NCBI GenBank assembly: GCA_017548165.1
Contig: JAFYMW010000007.1
Span: 1,720 to 65,719, forward strand
DNA: 64,000 nucleotides
Direction: 5' to 3'
DNA from: Bacteroidaceae bacterium
GTDB taxonomy: Bacteria > Bacteroidota > Bacteroidia > Bacteroidales > Bacteroidaceae
Below, piece by piece: positions 30,587 to 40,368 of the stretch. The notes beneath the pieces were generated by a model that was given only the letters and a program-made list of their open reading frames with translations, was not told the DNA's origin and did no database searches. Each line of letters begins with the position of its first letter. Position 1 is the first letter of the stretch. The translations under genes and the position numbers were made by a program.

Positions 30587-31447
30587 ATGGGAAAAAGGGG
30601 TATACTCCGTTGGCAATTTCTTACCAGCACCATCAGCACCACAATGGTATTACTATTGTTGGGAGCACTCGTTCTCTTTGTTCTTACAGCCAGAGAGATA
30701 CGCAACTATGTACACCAGAATCTTACCGTCACCATAGTGATGGCAGATGGAACTACCCCAACTGCTGCTCGCGACATAGAACATCAGATTGCTCGCAAGA
30801 CCTACATTCACCATGTCAATTACATCAGCAGCGAACAAGCACTTCAGGAACAAGTTAAAGCAATGGGAATAGACCCACGCGATTTGCTGGACAAGAATCC
30901 TTTCAGCATATCCATGGAGTTAAAGTTGGAGGCCCCATATGTCTGTGCTGATAGTTTGCAATGGATTGTAGAAGATCTTCGTCAGGAAAAAGCCATCATT
31001 GATGTCATTTATCAAAAGGAATTGGTAGATAGTCTTAACCGCAACCTGAACACCATCACTATCATCCTGTTGGCCATCACAATTGTACTTTCGGTTATCA
31101 GCATCAGCCTCATCAATAACACAGTGCACATGAGCGTCTATAGCCGTAGATTCATCATCAACAACATGAAACTTATTGGTGCCCGCAGAAGTTTCATACG
31201 TCGACCATTTATGCTCAGAAGTTTAGGTATAGGACTTATTTCAACAATAATTGCAGATGGTATATTAGTAGGATTATTGCATTGGGCCACCCAATTTGAT
31301 CAAGCCCTTTTGCAGTTCATTCCACAGCAAAATGTTCTCATTATGGCTGCAAGTGTTTTGGGCTTTGCCCTCATCATCACCTTGGTATGTACCTATATCA
31401 GCGTAACACGCTTCATTGCTATGGGTGAAACAGATTTATACAGGTAA
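30587..31447 (+). CDS. ftsX: cell-division FtsX-like permease
   Basis: 286 aa with 4 TMs and an extracytoplasmic loop. Begins 1 nt after the miaB stop. Confidence 0.8.
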   Translation: MGKRGILRWQFLTSTISTTMVLLLLGALVLFVLTAREIRNYVHQNLTVTIVMADGTTPTAARDIEHQIARKTYIHHVNYISSEQALQEQVKAMGIDPRDLLDKNPFSISMELKLEAPYVCADSLQWIVEDLRQEKAIIDVIYQKELVDSLNRNLNTITIILLAITIVLSVISISLINNTVHMSVYSRRFIINNMKLIGARRSFIRRPFMLRSLGIGLISTIIADGILVGLLHWATQFDQALLQFIPQQNVLIMAASVLGFALIITLVCTYISVTRFIAMGETDLYR

Positions 31448-31480
31448 ACAAAATAATACAGACCACACACATACAACACT

Positions 31481-31735
31481 ATGAACAATTTGGCATTCAC
31501 CAAGAAGAATTACATCCTTTTGGCCATCGGCATGGTCATAATAATTCTAGGATTCGTACTCATGAGCGGAAGCGGCAGTACTGAAGAGTATTTCAATCCC
31601 GACATCTTCAGTGCACGACGCATCAAAGTTGCACCAGCCGTTTGCTTTGCAGGCTTCATCTTCATCATCTTCGGTATAATGTACCGTCCCAAGCAGAATA
31701 GCCAACAAGACAAAACCTGCAACAACAAGAATTAA
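31481..31735 (+). CDS. small 2-TM membrane protein (DUF3098-like)
   Basis: 84 aa with two hydrophobic helices. Its position between ftsX and uppP is the usual Bacteroidota arrangement. Confidence 0.65.
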   Translation: MNNLAFTKKNYILLAIGMVIIILGFVLMSGSGSTEEYFNPDIFSARRIKVAPAVCFAGFIFIIFGIMYRPKQNSQQDKTCNNKN

Positions 31736-31762
31736 ACACCTAACCACACAAATATTAAGGAC

Positions 31763-32575
31763 ATGACAGAACTTCAAGCCCTCCTTATGGGATTGCTGCA
31801 AGGTCTCACAGAGTACCTTCCTGTAAGCAGCAGTGGTCATCTGACCATCGCCGGATCACTCTTCGGCATTGAAAGCGAAGAAAATCTCACCTTCACAATC
31901 GCAGTACACGTAGCCACCGTGCTCAGTACTCTAGTGATTCTGTGGCGCGAAATTTCGTGGCTCCTCAAAGGTCTTGTCGACACCAAGGCACCACTGCTCA
32001 GTCCCGAGCGTCGCTACATTATGGCTATCATCGTCAGCATGATTCCCATTGGCATCGTAGGTGTATTCTTCAAAGACTATGTCGAAGCCATCTTTGGTAG
32101 TGGACTGCTCATCGTAGGTCTATGCCTTATCGTCACAGCGGCTCTGCTCACACTGAGTTATTATGCTCGTCCACGCGAAAAAGAAAATATAAGTCTTGGT
32201 CAAGCCTTCATCATCGGTCTGGCCCAATCTGTTGCCGTCCTCCCAGGTCTCAGCCGTAGCGGTAGCACTATAGCCACTGGTCTGCTACTTGGAGTAAAGA
32301 AGGAGAAGATGGCACAATTTTCTTTCCTTATGGTCATACCTCCCATACTTGGAGAAGCCTTACTCAGCCTCATCAAAGCCGCCAAAGACGGAACAGCTGC
32401 AGCATCGGGCGACATATCCCTCACTGCCTTGATAATTGGTTTCATGGCTGCCTTTATAAGTGGCTGTCTGGCATGTAAATGGATGATAGCAATGGTGAAA
32501 AAGGGCAAGATGATTTATTTTGGCATATACTGCGCCATCGTGGGCAGCATCATTTTGGCCACCCACCTTTTTTAA
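31763..32575 (+). CDS. uppP: undecaprenyl-diphosphate phosphatase
   Basis: [16 protein letters not shown]... and [10 protein letters not shown] are BacA/UppP signatures. Confidence 0.95.
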   Translation: MTELQALLMGLLQGLTEYLPVSSSGHLTIAGSLFGIESEENLTFTIAVHVATVLSTLVILWREISWLLKGLVDTKAPLLSPERRYIMAIIVSMIPIGIVGVFFKDYVEAIFGSGLLIVGLCLIVTAALLTLSYYARPREKENISLGQAFIIGLAQSVAVLPGLSRSGSTIATGLLLGVKKEKMAQFSFLMVIPPILGEALLSLIKAAKDGTAAASGDISLTALIIGFMAAFISGCLACKWMIAMVKKGKMIYFGIYCAIVGSIILATHLF

Positions 32576-32611
32576 ATTATCATCATTCCCCTGACATACT
32601 CATATTGACAT

Positions 32612-33319
32612 ATGGATTTCAAGAACGGTACAATACTATCTTTCGACAAACCACTCAACTGGACCTCCTTCGGTCTAGTGAGCAAGGTACGATATCTCTT
32701 ATGCAAACACATAGGGGAGAAAAAACTAAAGGTAGGTCACGCCGGCACTCTCGACCCTCTGGCCACAGGTGTATTGATTATCTGCACAGGCAAAGCCACA
32801 AAACAGATAGACACTCTACAAGCCAAGACCAAGGAATACATCGCCACCCTGCAATTGGGAGCCACCACCCCAAGTTTCGATCTTGAAACAGAAATAGATG
32901 CAACATTCCCCACCGAGCACATCAGCAAGGCAAGCATAGAAGAGGTTCTGACACAATTTCTGGGACGCATCGAACAGGTGCCACCATCCTATTCTGCATG
33001 CAAGGTCGACGGCAAACGAGCATACGACCTGGCCCGACAAGGCAAGGAGGTAGAACTAAAACCCAAAGTGCTTGTCATTGACGAGATCGAGCTACAAGAC
33101 TTCCAGCCAGAGACGATGCTAATGACCATACGCGTGGTATGCAGCAAGGGAACCTACATCAGAGCTTTGGCACGCGACATCGGCCTGGCCCTTGGCTCCG
33201 GTGCACATCTCACCGCACTACGACGCACACGCATCGGAGATTATAAAGTAGAAGATTGCTACACTTTGGAAACCTTCCAGCAATGGTTGGAAACCATACC
33301 TAAAGAAACAAAACAATAA
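32612..33319 (+). CDS. truB: tRNA pseudouridine(55) synthase
   Basis: Catalytic Asp motif KVGHAGTLDPLATGVLI. Confidence 0.95.
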   Translation: MDFKNGTILSFDKPLNWTSFGLVSKVRYLLCKHIGEKKLKVGHAGTLDPLATGVLIICTGKATKQIDTLQAKTKEYIATLQLGATTPSFDLETEIDATFPTEHISKASIEEVLTQFLGRIEQVPPSYSACKVDGKRAYDLARQGKEVELKPKVLVIDEIELQDFQPETMLMTIRVVCSKGTYIRALARDIGLALGSGAHLTALRRTRIGDYKVEDCYTLETFQQWLETIPKETKQ

Positions 33320-33334
33320 CACCATACAACATAC

Positions 33335-34447
33335 ATGAAACTTTCACAATTCAAATACCGCTTGGCGGAAGAGCGCATAGCACAATACCCCAGTGAGTTC
33401 GGTCCAGAGGAAGAACGTCCATTCTACCACCGCGACGATTGCAAACTGATGGTAGTGCACACCAAGAGCGGTGTCATAGAGCACCGCGAGTCCTTCCGAG
33501 ACATTATCAACTTCTTTGACGAGAAGGATGTCTTTGTTTTCAACGACACCAAGGTGTTCCCCGCTCGCCTCTATGGCAACAAGGAAAAGACTGGTGCGAG
33601 AATTGAAGTATTCCTGCTCCGCGAACTCAATGCCGAAATGCGCCTGTGGGATGTACTTGTAGATCCTGCACGAAAGATAAGAATAGGCAATAAACTCTAT
33701 TTTGGTGAGGACGACAGCATGGTGGCAGAAGTTATTGACAACACAACAAGCCGTGGACGCACACTACGTTTCCTCTACGATGGTCCCCACGACGAATTCA
33801 AGCACGCCCTCCTTTCCTTAGGCGAATCTCCACTTCCCAAGGAAATTATCAAACGTCCATCAGAACCCGAGGATATGGAGGATTTCCAAACTGTCTTCGC
33901 TAAAAATGAGGGTGCTGTTACTGCACCAACATCGGGCATGCACTTCTCTCCCCTACTGCTCAAAATGATGGAAATCAAGGGCATCGAACAGGCTTTTGTC
34001 ACCCTACATTGCGGTTTGGGATGTTTCCGCACCATCGATGTAGAAGACTTGACCAAGCATAAAACCGATAGCGAAGAGATGCACGTAACACAGGAAGCCT
34101 GCGACATCATCAATCGTGCAAAAAACAATGGACACAGAGTTGTTGCTGTAGGTACAACAGTACAACGCGTACTTGAAACTGCAGTCAGTGCAGACAACAA
34201 CCTTAAGCCCTTTGATGGATGGACAAACAAGTTCATTTTCCCTCCCTACGACTTCCATATAGCTGATGCCATGGTAGCCAATTTCTACACACCAATGAGC
34301 ACCTTGCTCATGCTCACAGCAGCCTATGGTGGTTATGAACTCATCATGAGAGCCTATAAGGAAGCCTTGCGCTATAATGAAACCGACCCAGAACGTCGCT
34401 ATAAGTTCGGTCCTTTTGGCGATGCCATGCTCATCCTCAACGACTAA
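33335..34447 (+). CDS. queA: S-adenosylmethionine:tRNA ribosyltransferase-isomerase
   Basis: [19 protein letters not shown]..., [13 protein letters not shown] and [10 protein letters not shown]. Confidence 0.95.
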   Translation: MKLSQFKYRLAEERIAQYPSEFGPEEERPFYHRDDCKLMVVHTKSGVIEHRESFRDIINFFDEKDVFVFNDTKVFPARLYGNKEKTGARIEVFLLRELNAEMRLWDVLVDPARKIRIGNKLYFGEDDSMVAEVIDNTTSRGRTLRFLYDGPHDEFKHALLSLGESPLPKEIIKRPSEPEDMEDFQTVFAKNEGAVTAPTSGMHFSPLLLKMMEIKGIEQAFVTLHCGLGCFRTIDVEDLTKHKTDSEEMHVTQEACDIINRAKNNGHRVVAVGTTVQRVLETAVSADNNLKPFDGWTNKFIFPPYDFHIADAMVANFYTPMSTLLMLTAAYGGYELIMRAYKEALRYNETDPERRYKFGPFGDAMLILND

Positions 34448-34467
34448 ACAAAAATAAAACAATAATA

Positions 34468-34887
34468 ATGACACATAAGCTATACCTTGGCCTTGGTTCC
34501 AACCTTGGCAATAGGGAAGCCAACATACGCAGAGCCCTGGCACTCATTGACGAGCGTCTGGGCTCTGTTTATAGAGTTTCCTCCTTAGTGGAAACAGAAC
34601 CCGTAGACTTCTGTTCCCCCCATCGTTTTCTCAATGCCGTATGTCTAGTGCACACAATGATGTCGCCAGAAGCATGTCTGCGTGAAACACAGAAAATAGA
34701 ACGGGATTTAGGACGTACACAAAAGAGTACATTAGTAGATGGGGAGCTATGTCACTACGATCGTATTATAGATATAGACCTACTAACCTACGACGACCTA
34801 CATGTCACTACTCCAGAACTTACCCTTCCGCACCCTCGCATGAAGGAGAGAGACTTCGTTATGCGCCCGCTGGAGGAAATTTCCTGA
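34468..34887 (+). CDS. folK: 2-amino-4-hydroxy-6-hydroxymethyldihydropteridine diphosphokinase
   Basis: YLGLGSNLGNREANI..., IIDIDLL and LTLPHPRMKERDFVMRPL. Confidence 0.9.
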   Translation: MTHKLYLGLGSNLGNREANIRRALALIDERLGSVYRVSSLVETEPVDFCSPHRFLNAVCLVHTMMSPEACLRETQKIERDLGRTQKSTLVDGELCHYDRIIDIDLLTYDDLHVTTPELTLPHPRMKERDFVMRPLEEIS

Positions 34888-35160
34888 GACAAACAGGAGG
34901 GTGCAGAGTGCTTCAAGCATTAGGTCACTTCAAAGTCATGCAACCGCAAGGAGGGAGGCCTGAGGTTTGACATCCAACTGAAAAGCATCGGCAAACAATA
35001 ACCGCCACACAAACGTATTCCGCAAGTTTACCGCCCACCAAACGATAATTTCCCTAAGGGCTTAATATGATATTATTGAACCCAGCCTATTTAGTTGGGG
35101 GTAATTAGAAAAGCCAATCTGCCCCGCCATTCGGATGTACACTCCATTGGTAATAAAGAT

Positions 35161-35211
35161 AAACCCGAATCAGCCATTAGCGCATAACAGTCTAATGGCC
35201 GATTCGGGTTT
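35161..35211. repeat. 20-bp-stem hairpin / inverted repeat
   Basis: AAACCCGAATCAGCCATTAG - 11 nt - CTAATGGCCGATTCGGGTTT, with one mismatch. Confidence 0.85.
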
Positions 35212-35290
35212 AATCAGAACTACACTATGCAAAAGTTACAAGAACTATACGCATAAGCAAAAAGAACACTTCCTATAAAATAAATCCAAT

Positions 35291-35378
35291 ATTGTGGAGT
35301 ATTGTACCAAGCATTGCGGAGCATTGTACTAAATATTAAGTATAATCGTACTCAATATTGGGTACAATTTTATAAACA
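35291..35378 (+). repeat. four degenerate tandem 22-bp repeats
   Basis: ATTGTGGAGTATTGTACCAAGC / ATTGCGGAGCATTGTACTAAAT / ATTAAGTATAATCGTACTCAAT / ATTGGGTACAATTTTATAAACA. Repeats 1 and 2 match at 17/22. Confidence 0.75.
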
Positions 35379-35667
35379 CGTATTTCACATATTTATTTCC
35401 TTGTCTTAATACTTTTAGTAAGCGTACTTAATGCTTTTAGGACAGAGTTGCGTTTGTACTCAAATTGCTCATTAGAATGTAAGATTTTGGGGTACATATC
35501 GTATCTGTTGTAGGTTTGACCTGATGGTCTTAGCCTACATTCAAGATAGAATTACGTCAGTTCGGGATAATTTGACACAACGGTCGAAATTGCTCCCGTT
35601 CGGCATAAAAAGTAAACTTTTTCTGCTCTCTCTTAATCGCAAATTTGGTAAATCTCTCACTTATTCG

Positions 35668-35675
35668 TACCTTTG
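35668..35675 (+). promoter_or_regulatory. -7 box TACCTTTG (upstream copy of a tandem promoter module)
   Basis: Context CACTTATTCGTACCTTTGG. Confidence 0.45.
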
Positions 35676-35746
35676 GCTTTCGGCCTAAATTACTCACGTT
35701 CGGAAATAAAAATAAAGATTTATTTTGTATTTCGCTCACTTATTCG

Positions 35747-35754
35747 TAATTTTG
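35747..35754 (+). promoter_or_regulatory. -7 box TAATTTTG, probable metK promoter
   Basis: Context CACTTATTCGTAATTTTGCAC; leaves a ~160-nt leader before the metK ATG. Confidence 0.55.
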
Positions 35755-35923
35755 CACACGATTTAAATAACATGTGGATAGATTTGGGCTGCTTGCAACC
35801 ACAGAAAAAAATGCTAAAATAAAAGTTCTGCTCTTCGTGCCATACGGACAGGACTTTGACGCATTCCGCCCTATTTCTTTCCCCATACATTATTAATTAA
35901 TAACTTATTTAATTATTAAAACT

Positions 35924-37183
35924 ATGGGTTACCTTTTTACTTCAGAATCCGTTTCAGAAGGCCATCCCGACAAGGTGGCAGACCAGATCAGCGATGCCGT
36001 TTTAGACAAAATCCTTGCATTCGACCCCGAATCAAAGGTGGCATGCGAAACTCTCGTAACCACTGGTCAAGTGGTTCTTGCTGGTGAAATCAAAACACAG
36101 GCCTATGTTGACCTACAGCGCATTGCCCGCGAGGTGATTAACCGCATAGGTTACACCAAGAGCGAGTATATGTTCGAGGGCAATTCATGTGGCGTATTCA
36201 GTGCCATCCACGAACAGAGTGGCGACATCAACCGTGGTGTAGAGCGCGAAGAGCGCGAGAACCAAGGTGCAGGCGACCAGGGTATGATGTTCGGTTATGC
36301 CACCAACGAGACAGAGAACTACATGCCCCTGAGTCTTGACCTGAGCCATCGCTTGTTGCGCGTACTGGCCGACATACGCCGCGAGGGCAAAGTAATGACC
36401 TATCTGCGCCCCGACTCCAAGAGTCAGGTTACCATCGAATATAGCGACGAGAACGTGCCTGTGCGCATAGACACCATTGTGGTGAGCACCCAGCACGACG
36501 AGTTTGCAAGCGACGAAGCCATGCAACAACAGATACGCCACGACGTAATCAATATTCTCATACCTCGCGTCAAGGAGACAATCACAAGTGATAAGATATT
36601 GGCACTCTTCAACGACAATATCATCTATCATGTGAACCCCACTGGCAAGTTCGTCATCGGTGGTCCTCATGGCGATACAGGTCTTACCGGCCGCAAGATT
36701 ATCGTAGACACCTATGGTGGCAAGGGTGCACACGGTGGTGGTGCATTCAGTGGCAAGGATCCCTCTAAGGTAGACCGCTCTGCAGCATACGCTGCACGCC
36801 ACATAGCCAAGAATTTGGTTGCTGCAGGTGTGGCAGACGAAATGCTGGTACAAATTTCATACGCCATCGGTGTGGCAGAACCTGTAAGCATCTGTGTAGA
36901 CACCTATGGTCGCTCTAAGGTACAGATGACCGACGGTGAGATAGCCGATAAGATTAAAGGCATATTCGATCTTCGCCCCTATGCTATAGAACAACGTCTG
37001 AAACTTCGCAATCCCATTTACGAGGAGACTGCAGCCTATGGTCATATGGGTCGCGAACCTCAGGTAGTGACAAAGACCTTCGACTCCAACTACAATTGTG
37101 GCAAGAAAACCATAGAGGTGGAGCTCTTCACCTGGGAGAAACTCGACTATGTAGAGCAGGTTCGCAAGGCTTTCGGCTTGTAA
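35924..37183 (+). CDS. metK: methionine adenosyltransferase
   Basis: [48 protein letters not shown]. Confidence 0.97.
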   Translation: MGYLFTSESVSEGHPDKVADQISDAVLDKILAFDPESKVACETLVTTGQVVLAGEIKTQAYVDLQRIAREVINRIGYTKSEYMFEGNSCGVFSAIHEQSGDINRGVEREERENQGAGDQGMMFGYATNETENYMPLSLDLSHRLLRVLADIRREGKVMTYLRPDSKSQVTIEYSDENVPVRIDTIVVSTQHDEFASDEAMQQQIRHDVINILIPRVKETITSDKILALFNDNIIYHVNPTGKFVIGGPHGDTGLTGRKIIVDTYGGKGAHGGGAFSGKDPSKVDRSAAYAARHIAKNLVAAGVADEMLVQISYAIGVAEPVSICVDTYGRSKVQMTDGEIADKIKGIFDLRPYAIEQRLKLRNPIYEETAAYGHMGREPQVVTKTFDSNYNCGKKTIEVELFTWEKLDYVEQVRKAFGL

Positions 37184-37206
37184 TTTAATCACAAGAACAT
37201 ATCAAG

Positions 37207-37243
37207 TTTCCTTTCCATCTCCAACAGATGGAAGGGAAACACT
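37207..37243 (+). terminator. intrinsic terminator after metK
   Basis: TTTCCTTTCCATCT - 5 nt - AGATGGAAGGGAAA, then CACTTTT. Confidence 0.6.
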
Positions 37244-37263
37244 TTTAATCAGATATCTCTAAT

Positions 37264-37842
37264 ATGAACAGCATTTGCATATACTGCGCCAGTAGCGACC
37301 AGATAGATAAAAAATATTTCGAAGCAGCCCGTGAACTGGGCAGACTGATGGGCGAGCGTGGCATGACACTGGTCAATGGTGCTGGCAACATGGGACTGAT
37401 GCGCGCCGGAGCCGATGCATGCATGGAAGCAGGAGGCAAGGCCATTGGCATCATCCCTACCTTTATGATAGCAGAAAACTGGCACCACACAGGTATGACA
37501 GAGCTCATCGAGACACCAGACATGCACACTAGACAGCAAAAGATGGCCGAGTTATCGGATGCTGGCATAGTGCTGGCAGGAGGTTTCGGCACACTGGCCG
37601 AACTGAGCGAATTGGTCACATGGAAGCAATTGGGCATACACCTCAAGCCAATCGTTTTGCTCAATACCGATGGTTACTACGACGAGTTAATCGCCTTCCT
37701 ACACAAGGGAATGAAAGAAAATTTCCTTCGTCAAGAACATCTAAACACCTTTGCCATAGCCTCCACACCACAGGAAGCTTTAGATTTGGCAATGAGCACT
37801 CCCATGTGGGATGCTAATGTGCGTCGTTTTGCCAAGCTCTAA
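37264..37842 (+). CDS. LOG-family (TIGR00730) nucleotide N-glycosidase-like protein
   Basis: 192 aa; LAGGFGTLAELSE matches the PGGxGTxxE motif. Confidence 0.85.
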   Translation: MNSICIYCASSDQIDKKYFEAARELGRLMGERGMTLVNGAGNMGLMRAGADACMEAGGKAIGIIPTFMIAENWHHTGMTELIETPDMHTRQQKMAELSDAGIVLAGGFGTLAELSELVTWKQLGIHLKPIVLLNTDGYYDELIAFLHKGMKENFLRQEHLNTFAIASTPQEALDLAMSTPMWDANVRRFAKL

Positions 37843-37886
37843 TCAGCAATCACATTTCTCGCTACAAGCTCAGCTCTACACCACAA

Positions 37887-38879
37887 ATGAGAATACCCAA
37901 CGATAGCATCACACAAAATACACCCAGTACTGGAGAATCAAACTCAGAGTACTGGGTAACTCGTGTTGTGGAGCGAATGAAAGGGTGCTCGCCTTCAAAG
38001 ATAGACTCGGTAATACAAGCCAATCTGCCACCAGTTAGGATTAGATGGAGCCAACGCTTGGACACATTAGAGATTCCAGGGCTGAAGGGACACAAAGCAT
38101 ATTGTGTGGATAGTATCCCCAACTGCTATGAGATGGGATACTTCCAACAATCTTCTCTGTTGCATAGTGAACTGAAGCACCCAACCTCAATCTCCGAAAC
38201 ATACGAAAATACATACACTCTACAGAACGATAGCATTGTAGGATGTCTGTTGCTCTTTTGCGTGATAACACTATCTGTAGTTATAAGTCGCACTCGTGTC
38301 TTTCTACAAACACAATGGCAAAATTTTCTCAACACCAAACGTAGCGAGAATTTGTCCGACATACAGAAGACAGCAGGTGTGGACAATATGCTTTGGGCCT
38401 ACATAATACTCTCTGTTTCAGGTAGCATCTTGTATTTTTCCTATGCTCAGAGCCATTTCAATCTATTCATACTCCACATACCACAACACCTATGGTTAGG
38501 GATATATGCACCCATCATTGCCTTATTTCTGTGCATACAAAGAATTCTTATCCATTTTACAAACTGGATATTTTTTGATAAAACAAGCAGACAAGAATGG
38601 AGTATTTTCTACAACTTCCACATCATCCTCAACACCATTGTCTTGCTTGCAACCCTCATAGTGTCCATATACTCGGATTTTACTGCAACCACGATGCTAA
38701 ACCTAAGCATATTAGTTGTTTTTCTCCTCAAAATTACATTATTATATAAGGCCTACACCATATTTTCATTCAAAATATATGGCATTATGCATTTATTGTC
38801 GTACCTTTGTGCCCTTGAAATACTCCCCCTGATGGGATTGTGGGTATTGTTGGCAAACATTACCGACAGTTTGGTATAA
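37887..38879 (+). CDS. polytopic membrane protein (DUF4271-like)
   Basis: 330 aa with six or more TMs in the C-terminal two-thirds. Sits directly upstream of hemD, as is usual in Bacteroidota. Confidence 0.7.
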   Translation: MRIPNDSITQNTPSTGESNSEYWVTRVVERMKGCSPSKIDSVIQANLPPVRIRWSQRLDTLEIPGLKGHKAYCVDSIPNCYEMGYFQQSSLLHSELKHPTSISETYENTYTLQNDSIVGCLLLFCVITLSVVISRTRVFLQTQWQNFLNTKRSENLSDIQKTAGVDNMLWAYIILSVSGSILYFSYAQSHFNLFILHIPQHLWLGIYAPIIALFLCIQRILIHFTNWIFFDKTSRQEWSIFYNFHIILNTIVLLATLIVSIYSDFTATTMLNLSILVVFLLKITLLYKAYTIFSFKIYGIMHLLSYLCALEILPLMGLWVLLANITDSLV

Positions 38880-38899
38880 CATTTTGACATAGAAAAATT

Positions 38900-39643
38900 A
38901 TGATAAAGAAGATTCTGATATCACAGCCCAAACCTTCAACAGAGAAGTCACCCTACTTCGATATCATGCGCAAGCATAATGTAGAGTTGGAGTTCCGTCC
39001 CTTCATCAGGGTAGAAAGCGTCACACCTCGCGAATTCAGAGCTCAGCGTATCAATATTTTGGACCACACTGCAGTGATTTTCACCAGTCGCCATGCCATA
39101 GACAATTTCTTTATGCTATGCCAAGAAATGCGCATTGAGATACCCGAGGATTTAAAGTATTTCTGCATCACCGAAACCATCTCACACTACATACAGAAGT
39201 ATGTTCAATACCGCAAACGCAAAGTCTTTTTTGGTGAAACAGGCAAGATGAGCGACCTGCTCCCTCTGGTACTGAAACACAAAAACGACAAGTACTTTAT
39301 CCCACAAAGCGATGTACACAGCACCGAGTTCACCGATATGCTCGATGCCAAGGGTATAAGTTATACCAATGGTATAATGTACCGCACTGTGAGCACAACC
39401 ATCAGCAAGGAAGAGGTTTCTAACTACGATATGCTTGTGTTCTTTAGTCCCAGCGGCATACAGTCACTACTCACAAACATCCCCGACTTTGAGCAGAACG
39501 AGACAGTCATTGCCACCTTCGGCCCTGCCACCGCCAAGAGCGTATCAGATGCAGGTTTGAGACTGGATCTTCAGGCTCCCACACCCGAGTTTCCAAGCAT
39601 CACCGCAGCATTGGATGCATATTTGAAAGAACATAATGGATAA
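38900..39643 (+). CDS. hemD: uroporphyrinogen-III synthase-like (HemD family)
   Basis: 247 aa; ILISQPKP...FRPFI...TAVIFTSRHAID...FFSPSGI is the two-lobe HEM4 pattern. Confidence 0.75.
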   Translation: MIKKILISQPKPSTEKSPYFDIMRKHNVELEFRPFIRVESVTPREFRAQRINILDHTAVIFTSRHAIDNFFMLCQEMRIEIPEDLKYFCITETISHYIQKYVQYRKRKVFFGETGKMSDLLPLVLKHKNDKYFIPQSDVHSTEFTDMLDAKGISYTNGIMYRTVSTTISKEEVSNYDMLVFFSPSGIQSLLTNIPDFEQNETVIATFGPATAKSVSDAGLRLDLQAPTPEFPSITAALDAYLKEHNG

Positions 39644-40013
39644 TGGCTTTGGCCTGAAAAAGGAAGAAAGGCTCTGTAGCAAGAAGGCCATCGACGCACT
39701 TTTTGCAGGTACTGGCAGCAAATCCCTGTCAGCGTATCCCATACGTGCCGTATTCAGACATACCGAGGAGGCGGGAATCCGCATCCTCGTTTCTGTTTCA
39801 AAGAGACGTTTTCGCCATGCTGTGGACCGCAACAGAGTAAAACGCCAGCTACGCGAGGCCTATCGCCTGAACAAACACCTGCTACATAGCACGGACAACG
39901 ACAAGGGTATGGACATTGCCTTCATCTGGCTAACCGACCAACACAAGGAGAGCACCCTAGTGACAACAAAAATGATTGCATTGCTCAACAAGATAGCCCA
40001 GTCAGAAATTTAA
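39636..40013 (+). CDS. rnpA: ribonuclease P protein component
   Basis: 125 aa, basic; [24 protein letters not shown] is the RnpA signature. 8-nt overlap with hemD. Confidence 0.9.
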   Translation: MDNGFGLKKEERLCSKKAIDALFAGTGSKSLSAYPIRAVFRHTEEAGIRILVSVSKRRFRHAVDRNRVKRQLREAYRLNKHLLHSTDNDKGMDIAFIWLTDQHKESTLVTTKMIALLNKIAQSEI

Positions 40014-40042
40014 CAGAGAAACAAAGACACACACATACCACC

Positions 40043-40273
40043 ATGAATCCCATACTCCGATTTCTCAGCAATGTATTGATTCTCCCCATACGCTTCTACC
40101 AGACATGCATATCTCCGCTCACTCCCCCGGCATGCAGGTTCACCCCCACTTGTAGCCAATATGCTATAGAAGCTCTACGCAAGCATGGTCCCATCAAAGG
40201 TATGTATCTGGCCATACGCCGCATACTACGATGCCATCCTTGGGGAGGACATGGTTACGATCCGGTTCCATGA
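40043..40273 (+). CDS. yidD: membrane protein insertion efficiency factor
   Basis: [19 protein letters not shown]...[17 protein letters not shown]. Confidence 0.95.
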   Translation: MNPILRFLSNVLILPIRFYQTCISPLTPPACRFTPTCSQYAIEALRKHGPIKGMYLAIRRILRCHPWGGHGYDPVP

Positions 40274-40303
40274 AAACGGAAAACTGAAAACGGAAAACTG
40301 AAC
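40271..40303 (+). repeat. TGAAAACGGAAAAC x2 + TGAAC, starting at the yidD stop
   Basis: TGA at 40271 (the stop), 40285 and 40299; GGA at 40278 and 40292. Confidence 0.9.
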
Positions 40304-40368
40304 CAAAGGTCGACGCCCGAAGGGGCTGAAGTCAAAGGTGAAAACGGAAAAGTGAGAGGGAACGAAAA

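Larger units (their letters stand above)
35582..35760 (+). repeat. two tandem copies of the promoter module
   Basis: Copy 1 is 35582-35680 and copy 2 is 35686-35760. Each has the form TTCGG(C/A)A-A/T-rich-...CTCACTTATTCGTA(CC/AT)TTTG. Confidence 0.8.

Noticed and set aside
35291-35463. Possible CRISPR array
   Set aside because: The repeats are only 22 bp, degenerate and directly abutting with no spacers. There are no cas genes in the window.
35762-35923. Assigning the metK leader to SAM-II, SAM-V or SAM-I
   Set aside because: Only short word similarities are present (AUUUGGGCUGCUUGCAACC, AAAUGCUAAAA). I could not build the P1 stem plus pseudoknot, nor the four-way junction. I keep it only as an unexplained long leader.
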